A stretch of 64,000 nucleotides of DNA from Acidobacteriota bacterium. Its GTDB lineage: Bacteria > Acidobacteriota > CAIWXX01. The notes below the pieces were generated by a model. That model was not told the DNA's origin and ran no database searches. It saw only the letters and a program-made list of their open reading frames with translations. The first letter of the stretch is position 1; each line of letters starts with the position of its first letter. The position numbers were made by a program, and so were the translations under genes. The stretch is from the NCBI GenBank assembly GCA_040755995.1, contig JBFMAF010000024.1:160001-224000 (forward strand), written 5' to 3'. Shown here piece by piece: positions 28,882 through 39,426 of this stretch.

Positions 28882-31800
28882 ATGTCTGAAAAGGGGGCAG
28901 TGATGGCTCATCGGTTTCGTGCGTTGTGCGTTCCTGGGAGGATCGCAATCGTTCTCGGGGTCGTGGCTGCGCTTGTTGGGTGCCTCGTCGGCGGGCGCCA
29001 CTATCTATCACGCGCCCCTGTAGGATTGGGCCCGGCTGGCGACTCGCAGCCCACAGAGACCTTCCCGCCCGGATGGTATTCGATCGAGATCACTGATGCT
29101 CATTGGTCGAGCGAATGGTTCTCGCCGCCAGCCACATCCACGTTCGTATCTACGGTGAAGGTCACCACCCAGCGCGGATTCATGTTCGTCGTGATGGGGA
29201 ATCTCAAGATCACCGACGGGCAAGGGAATACCTTGAGGTCGTGGATGGCCATCAAGAGACTGAAATGCAGCAAGCACAGGGAGGACAGCGACCGTCTCAA
29301 CGATCACGAGGGCACGGCGGTTTTCGAGTGGGAATGGAACGGGACTCCGCATGGCTCCAGCCAGGTCGTAGCGGATGGCCCATATCGGTGGGAGTTTACC
29401 GCGCGATTCCGCGCCAAGACGGATCGGGACAGCGGCACGGTCTGGGTAGACCGGACCGCCCCGTCGATCACGATAGAGCAGCCGCAAGGCGAGGTCACCG
29501 GCGACTCGGTGCCCGTCTCCATCCGATGGGCCGACAGCTCGGCGGGGATCCATGTTTCTACAGCTGTAGTAGAAGTCGACGGGTCCCCTGTCTCGGGCCT
29601 GGCGATCGGCGAGTCCGGCGCCAGCGGGACGGTCGACGATGTGACCGAGGGTGGGCACAGTCTGACCGCATCGGTCGAGGACCGCGCAGGCAATGAGGCG
29701 TCGGCATCTTCGTCGTTCGATGTGATCCTCGATGGCCCGCCCGAGCAGAAGACGTGCATCGTAGGCACCGTCGCAGACTCGAACGGCCGTGAGCTCTCAG
29801 GGGTCGAGGTGACGAGCCCCGGCTCATCCTCACCGGCAACAACGGATGCCGACGGCTGGTTCCTGATCGAGATGACCTCTGCCGGCGGGCACTGGCTCAC
29901 CTTCGACAAGGACGGCTACATCCCGGTCCAGCGCTGGGCCGAAGTGACCGAAAGTCAGCACTACAACATCGGCGAAGTTCGCATGGTGGCCGAAGACCCG
30001 CTCGTCACAACGATCGGCCCGGAAGGCGGCACGGTCCGGGATTCCAGCGGTGATGTCGAGCTGGAGATTCCCCCTGGCGCGCTCTCGCAGTCCGTCGAGA
30101 TTCGCATGACCCACATCCCGAGTGACAAGGAGCTTCCCGGCCCGCTCAACGCCTCTGAGAACCTTCAGTACCCGATTGACTACATGCTCTGCGTCGCGAT
30201 CGAGCCGGCGGGCCTGTCCTTCGGCGTCCCCGCGACCTTACGCTACCCGAACAAGTGGGGATTCCGAGCGGGGGAGTCGGTCCCGACGGCGATTTGGGAC
30301 ATGGCTTCGAACCGCTGGGTGCCTGATGGCGGCCACATGACCGTGAGCGCTGACGCGTCGAAGTTCGAAAAGACGCTCTCATCTCTCGCCGTAGCTCGAA
30401 GCTCACAGGCACGCGCGAGCGGCACCAGGACAGCCTCGCGACTCTACTTTCTCGACTGCAACGCATCCACATGGGGACCTACTGACCCAGGTAGCACCGA
30501 TCGGGATCCGGATGACAAGGAGTGCACTCCGAGCAACTCGAGCCTCACGATCTCCGATTCGGGCTACCGGAAGTCGGTCTCGCTCCCGGCGGTCTCCGCC
30601 CCGGGCGGCCGCCAGACCTTGAGTTTCAGCTACAAGAGCGATACAGCCTGCCCGTCTGCTTTCATCAACCACCTTCAGTACTTCGGCGTCGACGACATGG
30701 GATCCATCCACAATTGGAGCTACGAGGTCGAGGTCAACGGAGCGCGCAAGGAGGTGACGTTCTCGCCACCGGCTGCGCCGTCCCGTCTGCTGTTCTTCTG
30801 GGATGGGCGTAATGCGGTCGACTCGCTTTCGCCCACAGGGCTCTACACCTCGACCGCGATCTCGACGGTGCGTTTCGAATCCCCCTATTACACGAGTCAG
30901 GCGACCTGGGGAGGTGCGCCAACCGGAATGACCTCGGGGCTTAGTCCTCGGCCTGCTGAGAAGCGGAGGATTGTGAAGGAGCCCATCGCCCTGGTCAACG
31001 AGGTCGATAGCCCCTGCGGCGCTGGCTGGAGCCTGTCGGGGATACGCCGGCTCCATCCGCAACCCGACGGTAGGATCCTGGAGGTCGATGGCGGCGACGC
31101 GGGCACGGTCTACTACCCGTACAACAACTTCGCGAGGCTCACCGAAGGCGCCTCGATTACGGGAGTCGTTCAGGGCAACCACGTCGGCGATCCGCGGAAC
31201 ATGCTTGGGTATCACGGCGCCACCCGGACGGGGTCAGAGGACATCGACTACAGTGACGGTTTTGCATTTGACTACAACGAGTTCCAGGACTGGGACTGGG
31301 TTGTGGTTGACCTGGGACAGGTGAGACAGATACATACGATCGGCCTCTCCTTTCATCCGATCGAAACCGGGCGGAACCCGGTCCTGGGTGGACCCGTGAT
31401 TAAGATTTATGTCTCCCCCGATGGTGCTGACTGGACTCTTTGGTCTCAGATCTCGGAGGACGTAATCGATGGGATGACGGCCGCGAAGCTGACCTCTCCA
31501 TACCTGGTCGGCAATGGCGCGGATCAACCGGTCCGCTTCGTGAAGTACATGATGTATGCACCGTACATCGTCTCTCCGATCAGGAACTACGTAAACGAGG
31601 TGTATCGTCTCTATGCATTTGGCTCGTCGGATCGATACGGTACGGGCGAGAACGGCCAGGACGAGGACTACCCGAAATTGAACAAGCTTGAACCAGGCGG
31701 GTGGAAGCAGACCGAGCGCGACGGAACGCGCTACGTATATGACAGCAAGGGGCTGCTGCAGTCCGTAGCCGATATCTACGGAGTGGCGACAACCTACACC

Positions 31801-34800
31801 TGGACGGCCGATGGCCTGTTGACGGAAATCACGGACGCCGCGGGCGGAGTCACAAGACTCGACTACGCCAACGGCAAGCTTCGCGAGGTTACCGACGTAG
31901 CGGGGCGGCGGACCTCCTTTACGGTGGACTCCAACGGCGACCTCACCCAGGTGATCATGCCCGATGGGAGCACCACAAGGCTCAGCTACGACGGCCGGCA
32001 CCTGATCCAATCGCAGACTGACGCGCGCGGGCAGCAGACGACCTACACGTGGGATCCCGTCTACCCGAACCTCAAGAAGACATCCGGCCCGGGTGGTAGA
32101 GAGATCATCACCGAGGCCGGCTATTTCAATCACCTCATCAATGGGATCACAGGAACCGATGAGAGTCCGGCTCCTTCGCCGGGATTCGACATGCAAAGCA
32201 CTCGCACCGACGAGCTTGGGCGCACGACGACTTACAAGTGGGAAGCCCGTGGTCCGGCCCCCGACTTTGCCCCGCTCTATCGCTCGACAACGACCGATTT
32301 CGCGGGCCGGTCGACCCAGCGATACATGCACCCGCGCATCCGCGGGCTCGAAGTGCTTCGAATCGAGCCCGATGGCTCCAGGATGCGGAACACGTACGAT
32401 GCGGAAGAGGGACGACTCGTGCTGAAAGTGGAAGACCTGAGCGAGGCCGAAGGGTTTCGCGTCAAGGCCCAGTACACATACGAGCCCGCCTTCGACAAGG
32501 TCGCAACGAGCACGGATCTCGGCGGGCACACGAGGAGCTACTCGTATAGCGAGAAGGGTGATCTCATCTCGACTCTGGACCCGCTGGGAAACGCCACAAA
32601 CATGGGTTACGATGAGAAAGGCCGGCTGGCCTGGATCAGGGATGCCGAAGGGGCGATCACGAGATTCGAATACGATGAACGTGGCAATCGGACGAAGATC
32701 ATGGATGCGCTCGGACGAATTACGACGATGACGTATGATGCCGCAGGCAACATGACGTCGCTGACCGATCCAGGCGGGAAGGTCACTCGCTGGGAGTACG
32801 ACCTGGCGGGTCGGGTGACCGGTGTCACCGATCCGGCGGGAGGGGGGACTGTATACGAGTACGAGCCTGGAGGCGGATGCGCGAGCGGGTGCGGCAGCGG
32901 CGGGGGCAGGGGTCTGCTCACCTCAATCACGGATCCGGCGGGTAACAAGACCACGTTCGAGTATGACGCTGCGGGCCGCTTGACGGCCGTAGTGAATCCG
33001 TTGGGGGGCCGGCGGGAATACGTGTACGATCAAGCGGGACGCCTGGTGAAGTCCAGGAACGCTCGTGGACAAGAGATCACGTACCAGTACGACGCCTCGA
33101 ACAATCTTGTTAGAAAGACCCTGCCGGACGAAGGCGACGTGGAGTACGTGTATGACAGCCTCAACCGGCTCACGCAGATGAGCGACGCGGACTCGATTCT
33201 CAGGTACGAGTACGCGGCGTTCACCGGCGCGGGCCCATACTGGTCGGAGGTGGGCTCGCAGCTCAAGGGATCGAAGATCATGGAATCATTCGGTCTGAAG
33301 GACGACCCGCGCTACTCGAAACAGGCATCCGGTGTCGCCAAGTACGGGCAGCAGACGGACTTCCAGGACCAGTCCGGCAACTGGCAGACAAGAATCGAGT
33401 TACCAGCCAAGATCCTCATGTTGGTGGATGCGGACGCAGCGCCGGGCGGTGTCGTTGGGATGGATTCTCAGGCGGAGTACGACAGTGCCCACAGGATCCT
33501 CCGTTCGGGCAGCACGTGCCCGAACGCCTCGTTCACGTATGACAAAGTCGGTCGCCGGAAGACGATGGAAGTGAGGGCAAGCTTCATGTGCGACCCATGC
33601 CCGCTGGGTTGCCGGGCCATGGGAGCAACACCATCCCCATCGAGGTCAGCCGCCCGCTCGATGTTGTGGTGCACGGGAAACGAGTGGAACAAGACTGCCT
33701 ACGAGTACGACGCCGCTGGGCTGCTGCAATCAATCGCTCAGACCTACAAATCAGACGACGGAACGATTGTACCGCTGGCGACCTATAGCTACGGCTATGA
33801 TCTCGCGGGAAATCGCACGTCGATGACGGATATGTCCGGGACGCATTCATACGGTTATGACGCGCGCTATCAGCTTACATCAGCTACGCACCCGACAGAG
33901 CCGACGGAATCCTTCAGTTACGACGCCACGGGCAACCGCACTGCGTCGCACATCTCGCCGTTCTACACATACAACAGGGCGAACCAGCTTCTGGAGGACG
34001 CGGAGTTCACGTACTCCTATGATCTCGACGGAAACTGCATCGGCAAGGTGAGCAAGCTCAACGGCGAGCGCCACGAGTACATCTTCAACTCGGAGAACCG
34101 GATGACAGGCTACCGCAAGCATGACATGAACAACGTCCTGCTCACCTCCGCGAGCTACTTCTACGACCCCCTCGGCCGTCGCATTGCCAAGGAAGTCGAT
34201 GGACTGCTGACGCGATACGTGTACCAGAACGAGGATATCTGGATGGTGATCGATCCGTACGATGCTTTCACGAGGATCATCCACGGCCCAGGCATAGACG
34301 AGCCCCTCATTCAAGTGGCTGGTGGTCAGGATACCCCGCCACGCACCGAGGCGGAACTCACGTACTACTTCGCCGATGGCCTAGGCACGATCCGCAACAC
34401 GGTCACGAAGCGCTGCTTCCTGCCCACCCAGCTCACCGCCTACGCCTACGACTCCTTCGGCCGGCCCACCGCGAGCACGACGCTCCCGACGGCCGCCCCC
34501 GCCTACGCCTTTACCGGCCGCGAGTGGGACGCCGAAAACGGGACCTACTACTTCAGGGCACGGCAGTTCCTCCCAGGGCTCGGGCGGTTCAGCAGCCCGG
34601 ATCCAGTCCAGCCGCTCGCGCGAGACGTGTACGTGTATGTACGGAACGACCCTCTTGCGTACACCGACCCGATGGGCCTTTGGGTGGTCACCGATCTGAC
34701 CGACCCGAGCAGGAACACCATTGTGTGTGACGGGAACGGTCGGATTGCCATTCAGCTGGGGGACGCCCGCTATGGAGATGCCCCGGATGAATGCGAAGGC

Positions 34801-35079
34801 CTCATCAAGACCTGCATGACCGTGCATGAGGGTGTGCACAAGTACCACGCGTGGTTCGAGAATCCACGCCTCTGTGCGGGCAAGAGCCCCGGACTAGTGA
34901 TTGATGCTTCCACCGGAGCACAGCAGAGATCTACAGAGCAGATAGCGCACTCCGCCGAGATTCGGTGCTTGGACGAGATGATGGCGAACAGAAAACGCAA
35001 GCCGGTCTGTGACAAGTGCTACGGATGGTTGATGATGAGAAAGCACTTCGTCGAGACGGACCTATCCAACTACAGGTAG
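28882..35079 (+). CDS. Teneurin-like Rhs/YD-repeat polymorphic toxin with HExxH C-terminal domain
   Basis: N-terminal hydrophobic segment; FlgD-Ig-like and Ig-like domains; carboxypeptidase-regulatory-like and ZU5-like domains; plug motifs (LDCN, FWDGRN, GWSL); discoidin-like insert; YD repeats; core FTGREWD...RNDPLAYTDPMGL; HEGVH tip. Confidence 0.92.
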   Translation: MSEKGAVMAHRFRALCVPGRIAIVLGVVAALVGCLVGGRHYLSRAPVGLGPAGDSQPTETFPPGWYSIEITDAHWSSEWFSPPATSTFVSTVKVTTQRGFMFVVMGNLKITDGQGNTLRSWMAIKRLKCSKHREDSDRLNDHEGTAVFEWEWNGTPHGSSQVVADGPYRWEFTARFRAKTDRDSGTVWVDRTAPSITIEQPQGEVTGDSVPVSIRWADSSAGIHVSTAVVEVDGSPVSGLAIGESGASGTVDDVTEGGHSLTASVEDRAGNEASASSSFDVILDGPPEQKTCIVGTVADSNGRELSGVEVTSPGSSSPATTDADGWFLIEMTSAGGHWLTFDKDGYIPVQRWAEVTESQHYNIGEVRMVAEDPLVTTIGPEGGTVRDSSGDVELEIPPGALSQSVEIRMTHIPSDKELPGPLNASENLQYPIDYMLCVAIEPAGLSFGVPATLRYPNKWGFRAGESVPTAIWDMASNRWVPDGGHMTVSADASKFEKTLSSLAVARSSQARASGTRTASRLYFLDCNASTWGPTDPGSTDRDPDDKECTPSNSSLTISDSGYRKSVSLPAVSAPGGRQTLSFSYKSDTACPSAFINHLQYFGVDDMGSIHNWSYEVEVNGARKEVTFSPPAAPSRLLFFWDGRNAVDSLSPTGLYTSTAISTVRFESPYYTSQATWGGAPTGMTSGLSPRPAEKRRIVKEPIALVNEVDSPCGAGWSLSGIRRLHPQPDGRILEVDGGDAGTVYYPYNNFARLTEGASITGVVQGNHVGDPRNMLGYHGATRTGSEDIDYSDGFAFDYNEFQDWDWVVVDLGQVRQIHTIGLSFHPIETGRNPVLGGPVIKIYVSPDGADWTLWSQISEDVIDGMTAAKLTSPYLVGNGADQPVRFVKYMMYAPYIVSPIRNYVNEVYRLYAFGSSDRYGTGENGQDEDYPKLNKLEPGGWKQTERDGTRYVYDSKGLLQSVADIYGVATTYTWTADGLLTEITDAAGGVTRLDYANGKLREVTDVAGRRTSFTVDSNGDLTQVIMPDGSTTRLSYDGRHLIQSQTDARGQQTTYTWDPVYPNLKKTSGPGGREIITEAGYFNHLINGITGTDESPAPSPGFDMQSTRTDELGRTTTYKWEARGPAPDFAPLYRSTTTDFAGRSTQRYMHPRIRGLEVLRIEPDGSRMRNTYDAEEGRLVLKVEDLSEAEGFRVKAQYTYEPAFDKVATSTDLGGHTRSYSYSEKGDLISTLDPLGNATNMGYDEKGRLAWIRDAEGAITRFEYDERGNRTKIMDALGRITTMTYDAAGNMTSLTDPGGKVTRWEYDLAGRVTGVTDPAGGGTVYEYEPGGGCASGCGSGGGRGLLTSITDPAGNKTTFEYDAAGRLTAVVNPLGGRREYVYDQAGRLVKSRNARGQEITYQYDASNNLVRKTLPDEGDVEYVYDSLNRLTQMSDADSILRYEYAAFTGAGPYWSEVGSQLKGSKIMESFGLKDDPRYSKQASGVAKYGQQTDFQDQSGNWQTRIELPAKILMLVDADAAPGGVVGMDSQAEYDSAHRILRSGSTCPNASFTYDKVGRRKTMEVRASFMCDPCPLGCRAMGATPSPSRSAARSMLWCTGNEWNKTAYEYDAAGLLQSIAQTYKSDDGTIVPLATYSYGYDLAGNRTSMTDMSGTHSYGYDARYQLTSATHPTEPTESFSYDATGNRTASHISPFYTYNRANQLLEDAEFTYSYDLDGNCIGKVSKLNGERHEYIFNSENRMTGYRKHDMNNVLLTSASYFYDPLGRRIAKEVDGLLTRYVYQNEDIWMVIDPYDAFTRIIHGPGIDEPLIQVAGGQDTPPRTEAELTYYFADGLGTIRNTVTKRCFLPTQLTAYAYDSFGRPTASTTLPTAAPAYAFTGREWDAENGTYYFRARQFLPGLGRFSSPDPVQPLARDVYVYVRNDPLAYTDPMGLWVVTDLTDPSRNTIVCDGNGRIAIQLGDARYGDAPDECEGLIKTCMTVHEGVHKYHAWFENPRLCAGKSPGLVIDASTGAQQRSTEQIAHSAEIRCLDEMMANRKRKPVCDKCYGWLMMRKHFVETDLSNYR
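33919..34537 (+). repeat. Rhs core repeat, copy 1
   Basis: Colinear with 37991-38609 at a constant 4072-nt offset; the last part recurs at about 40201-40443. Confidence 0.95.
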
Positions 35080-35086
35080 CACAGCG

Positions 35087-35566
35087 ATGATCACGCCTGC
35101 ATTCGTTCTTGCGTTTGCTATGATCCAACTAGGTCCAGTCCCCGTCCCCCAGACGCAGGAGACCCGTGGAGAGCTGACCTTGACAGTCCGCGTCGACCCC
35201 AAACGGCCACTCACGCTCGATATCAGAATAGTGAACCTGGGCACCTCAGAGTTGGTGCTCGAGCGCGGGTGGCTACCCTGGGCCAGCAGGTATAACATGA
35301 AGCTGGTTGCGGTGAAGGACGACATATACCCAACGGTGCTTCGGCAGCGCTACAGCATCGACGATCCGCTCGGTGGGCACGTGAGGCTGCCACCTACGCA
35401 GGTACTCTCTGGCGAGATCGACTTGGCTAGGCGCTTCCCGGACATCGTGAAGGCACTCAAAGGGATCGACGTCATTCTCTTCTGGCACTGCGTCGTGAAG
35501 GACCCCGATGCGCGCCCGCTCGGCACGTTCGGTGGCTGGCTGCTTCTCCCGCAATGCCCGCGTTGA
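35087..35566 (+). CDS. Putative exported immunity protein for the Rhs HExxH toxin
   Basis: Starts 7 nt after the toxin stop; signal-like N-terminus; beta-rich 159 aa. Confidence 0.7.
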   Translation: MITPAFVLAFAMIQLGPVPVPQTQETRGELTLTVRVDPKRPLTLDIRIVNLGTSELVLERGWLPWASRYNMKLVAVKDDIYPTVLRQRYSIDDPLGGHVRLPPTQVLSGEIDLARRFPDIVKALKGIDVILFWHCVVKDPDARPLGTFGGWLLLPQCPR

Positions 35567-35678
35567 GCCCCTCGACGACCTCGGGTAACCAAGGCAACAA
35601 GACGACGTACGATTATCTCTGAGAATGTCAACCTCCTTTCTTGGCATGTTGTTGATTCTCTGTGGATTTCTCGTGGTT

Positions 35679-36272
35679 TTATCCGAGGGTCTCGGGGTGC
35701 CTCCGTAAGGCGGTTCGCAGGAGAGCCCTGTTGAGAGTGCGATGAGCGTATCGACGGGTATCGTTGCCTCGGCGAGGCTGAGCGGAGTTGACGAACATGG
35801 TCAGCACCGAGGAGGGATCTGCGCCGGTTTCGAGCATGGAGCAGACCCAGGCCCACTCGCGGCCTGATGGGCTGGTGTCGCGTCCAAGGACAGGAGAAGG
35901 TCGGAAGCTGGTTCGGGCACTCTGAAGGGCGGTGGGAATGCGGAGTGCCGGTGCAGGATTCCAGGTCCTGGGCGTTGCGGATGCCCCGAGCACGTTGACC
36001 CAGGTTCCGCTGCGCTTCCAGTTCTTGAATCCGGCCAGGCGTCCGAGATGCTCGCCCGATACTGAGCGAGGGTTCGAAGCGGTTCGGGCGGCCAGCCAAG
36101 CTTGCGCCGCTGTGCGTTCGCATTGGTCGAGGGCGCGGTCGGCGCGCAGCCAGAGGTGGCAGCCGCCCGCTGGCGAGGTGTGGACAGCGAGTGCGGCATA
36201 CGCTCGGATGACGCGGCGCGTCATAGCGATCGAGACGTCATCCAGGAAGAGCAGGGGCCAGGAGCAGTCGGG
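35679..36272 (-). pseudogene. RepB-type (AEP) DNA primase, 5'-truncated
   Basis: WPLLFLDDV, VHTSPAGGCHLW, RLAGFKNWK and DTSPSGREWAWV...YAHRT; N-terminus replaced by IS110 sequence. Confidence 0.75.
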
Positions 36273-37497
36273 TGCGCTGCAGGAGACGCCGTTCACCTGC
36301 GGGCAGTGTATTTACGGTGCGGGAGGGAGGTAGGCCCTCGCTGGAGTAGACCGCATTGAGAGCGGGGCGGAGCCGTGTCGGCTGGCCGCTGCCGCAGCAT
36401 GCAGGCTTCGGCTGACCCTTCGCGGGCCCAGTGCGGCGCGGCACCCCGGTGACACGGACCCGGAGTGCGCTGAGCTTGTTCTGAGTGGGCTGTGACTGGG
36501 CATAGCGGTAGGGCTCATTGTTCCGAAGCATGTGCCAGGCGACCGTCACCAATTTGCGAGCTGTAGCCACGACAGCCACATTGCGGTTCTTCCGCGCGGC
36601 GAGACGTCTGAAGAAGTGCCCCAGAGGTCCCGGGTGACTGGCCACGTGCTGCGCGGCCTGAACCAGCATCCAGCGGGCGTGGCTGCGGCCTCTCTTGGTG
36701 ATAGGTCCGTGGTAGACCTTGTCGTCGGAAGCCCGCGTGGAGGGAACGAGGCCGAGGTAGCCGGCCGCGCGATCCGGATTCTGGAAGCGGCTGATATCAC
36801 CGAGTGCTGACATCAGGCTCAGCGCCGCCGGGTAGTCGTGCCCGGGCAGCGTCATCAGAAGGCGCACACGGTCGTCCTGATATGCTCTCTCGGCGAGCAG
36901 CTGGTCATGCGCGGCGATCTCCTCCTCGGGGGTTGCGGGTTGTCGCCTCCACCGGTCCACCTCTATGCGCACCCCTTCAGGCAATGCCGCACTCGCGAGC
37001 CATTCGCGTCCCTTCTTGCTGAACAGATCGGCTACCGGCACCGGAATCAGTCTGCCGGCCAGTGCCGAATGGATCCGGTTCTTAAGACGCGTCCGGTCAG
37101 CAACCAGCGCAGCGTGGATGCTCATCTCTTTGCGAATTCCCTGAGCCCGCTCGTCCGGTTCCCACACCGCCGGCAGATACCCGCTCCGAAGTAGCCGAGC
37201 CAGAACAAGCGCGTCGATCTTGTCGGTCTTGATCTTCGCTGAGGCAATCGCGCGCGTCAGCAGCGGGTTGCTCACCGTCACCTTCCGGACGTACCGCTTC
37301 AGAATCGCGACTACAGCCCAGGTGTTGGTCGTTGCCTCCAGAACGACCTCGTCCTCAGGCCGCAGTCGATGCTTTGCAAATCTTTCGATCTGCTCCAGCG
37401 TGCAGGGAATCCGCGTCTGCACCTCCTCGGCACCCTCGCCCAAGATGCAGACCTGCGCCGTCTTCTTGTGGACATCCATTCCCACGTGGCGTACCAT
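36238..37497 (-). mobile_element. IS110 family transposase (3' end fused to the primase relic; probably decaying)
   Basis: GMDVHKK, VLEAT and KTDKIDA (DEDD), GLVPSTRAS, GPITKRG and VATARKL motifs. Confidence 0.93.
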
Positions 37498-37677
37498 TAG
37501 AGAGTCTTCCTTTCTGGGAGTGCGCGGGTGGCCTGGATGAACCACTGGCTCGTGAAGCCGCTGTGGTCCACCCTGGTTTGCGAAAGGGCCGAATGGCACC
37601 TATCTCTTCGAGCTTTGTGCTCACCCGGGTGGGCCGTTGGGGCGGCCAAATACGACGGCGGGCTTTGTGCCCATAGC
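37498..37677 (-). ncRNA. Candidate IS110 bridge RNA in the left non-coding end
   Basis: ~180-nt leader with hairpins GGGC-ACAAA-GCCC and GAGC-ACAAA-GCTC and a long bulged stem at 37526-37573; position expected for IS110-group bridge RNAs. Confidence 0.55.
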
Positions 37678-37990
37678 TGAACTCGGCCGGCCCCGTGATG
37701 AACGGCCCCCTCGCACTCCCGGATGTTTCGGCGTTTATCCATCACGCCCCTCTCCCGGTAATGGAAGAATGACGCAACAGGTCCCCGCCGATCAACCCGA
37801 GACGCAAGCCTGTAGAAAATCCTCTGCCGCAGTGCGTCATGCCCCCCCGTGCCCCCGCCCTCACCTCGCACTCTGCATGACCGCGGCACTCTGGTGCTCC
37901 CTATCCCACCTCCACGCCTCCATCCCCACACCGCGTGATCGCCTCCACACGCTCTCACCATCGCCAGTCGCATGGCATTCTCATACCAGG

Positions 37991-39178
37991 TACGACCCGA
38001 CAGGCAACCGGACCGCATCTCACATCTCGGCTTTCTACACGTACAACAGGGCGAACCAGCTTCTCGAGGACGCGGAGTTCACGTACTCTTATGATCTCGA
38101 CGGAAACTGCATCGGCAAGGTGAGCAAGCTCACGGGAGAGCGCCACGAGTACATCTTCAACTCAGAGAACCGGATGACAGGCTACCGCAAGCATGACATC
38201 AACAACATCCTGCTCACCTCCGCGAGCTACTTCTATGATCCCCTCGGGCGTCGCATCGCCAAGGAAGTCGATGGACTGCTGACGCGATACGTGTACCAGA
38301 ACGAGGACATCTGGATGGTGATCGATCCGTACGATGCTTTCACGCGGATCGTGCACGGCCCGGGCATTCATGAGCCCCTCGTTCACGTGGCTGGTGGTCA
38401 GGATACCCCGCCACGCACCGAGGCGGAACTCACGTACTACTTCGCCGATGGCCTAGGCACGATCCGCAACACGGTCACGAAGCGCTGCTTCCTGCCCACC
38501 CAGCTCACCGCCTACGCCTACGACTCCTTCGGCCGGCCCACCGCGAGCACGACGCTCCCGACGGCCGCCCCCGCCTACGCCTTTACCGGCCGCGAGTGGG
38601 ACGCCGAAAGCGAAACTTACTTCTATCGCGCGCGCCAGTACGACCCGCGCATCGGGAGATTCGCCAGCGAGGACCCGGTTGCGGTAGCACCTTTCTATGC
38701 CTACGCAGCAAGTAGTCCGACAATGTTCACTGATCCATCAGGCGGGGTCACTGTAGACGTCAAGCACCATTATCAAGTGGTTACCTGGATCGACATGCTG
38801 TGGCACTGCTACCCTGAACGAGCGCGCATGGGCGCTATAATGGGCAGTTTGTCCAGCTTCCCATGGGGATGCACCAAGTCGCGCATACGTGTCACCTGCG
38901 ACTGCTGCGGGAAAACCGCCAGCGTCTTCGTGAAAGGGAGAGTACAAGTGTGGGCATATGGCGGCCAAGTGTTGGCCGAAGAGGTGAGGGTGCACGCTGA
39001 CCCGCTTCTGAAGCAGCTAACGAGGATAGCCCTGAAGGGACAACTGGTGGAGGCTGTCAGCTATCCAACGCCTGAGGCCTGTGAGAGCGCTTGCCAGAGC
39101 TTCGAGGAATGGGCTTGGTGGTTCATCAACGTCGCCGGAAGCGCCGAGGCCGATCACCAGCGTCGTCCGCACAGCTGA
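37991..39178 (+). pseudogene. Orphan Rhs module 1 (core repeat plus Cys-rich C-terminal tip)
   Basis: 619-nt copy of the Rhs core, PTMFTDPSGG, then a unique tip containing EEVRVH; no credible start of its own. Confidence 0.85.
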
Positions 39179-39426
39179 AAACTTCGGATGCATATACCTG
39201 TGAGTCGGAGCCTTGTGCCGATCAAGCATGACCGGCACCCTTACCCTCGGCCTGGGATCGAGAGTCCGGACACGACCGTGGGCGTGGTTTCCAGTCACAC
39301 CGATGCCGAATCGCTTGCGGCATCTGGGCCATCTGCATCGGCTCTTTCGAGTCGTATAGGCAATGCGCCCGGATGGCCACCCTCCCGAACAACCACCAAC
39401 AAAGGCATGAGGAAGGAGCACGACGA

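Noticed and set aside
28882..35079. Rhs protein as a T6SS effector
   Set aside because: No PAAR, VgrG or chaperone gene is visible; the N-terminus is a hydrophobic export or anchor segment followed by Ig-like domains.
37637..37990. N-terminal 118 aa of the 513-aa ORF 37637-39178
   Set aside because: Rhs homology starts abruptly at 37991. The upstream part overlaps the IS110 left end and looks like chance read-through.
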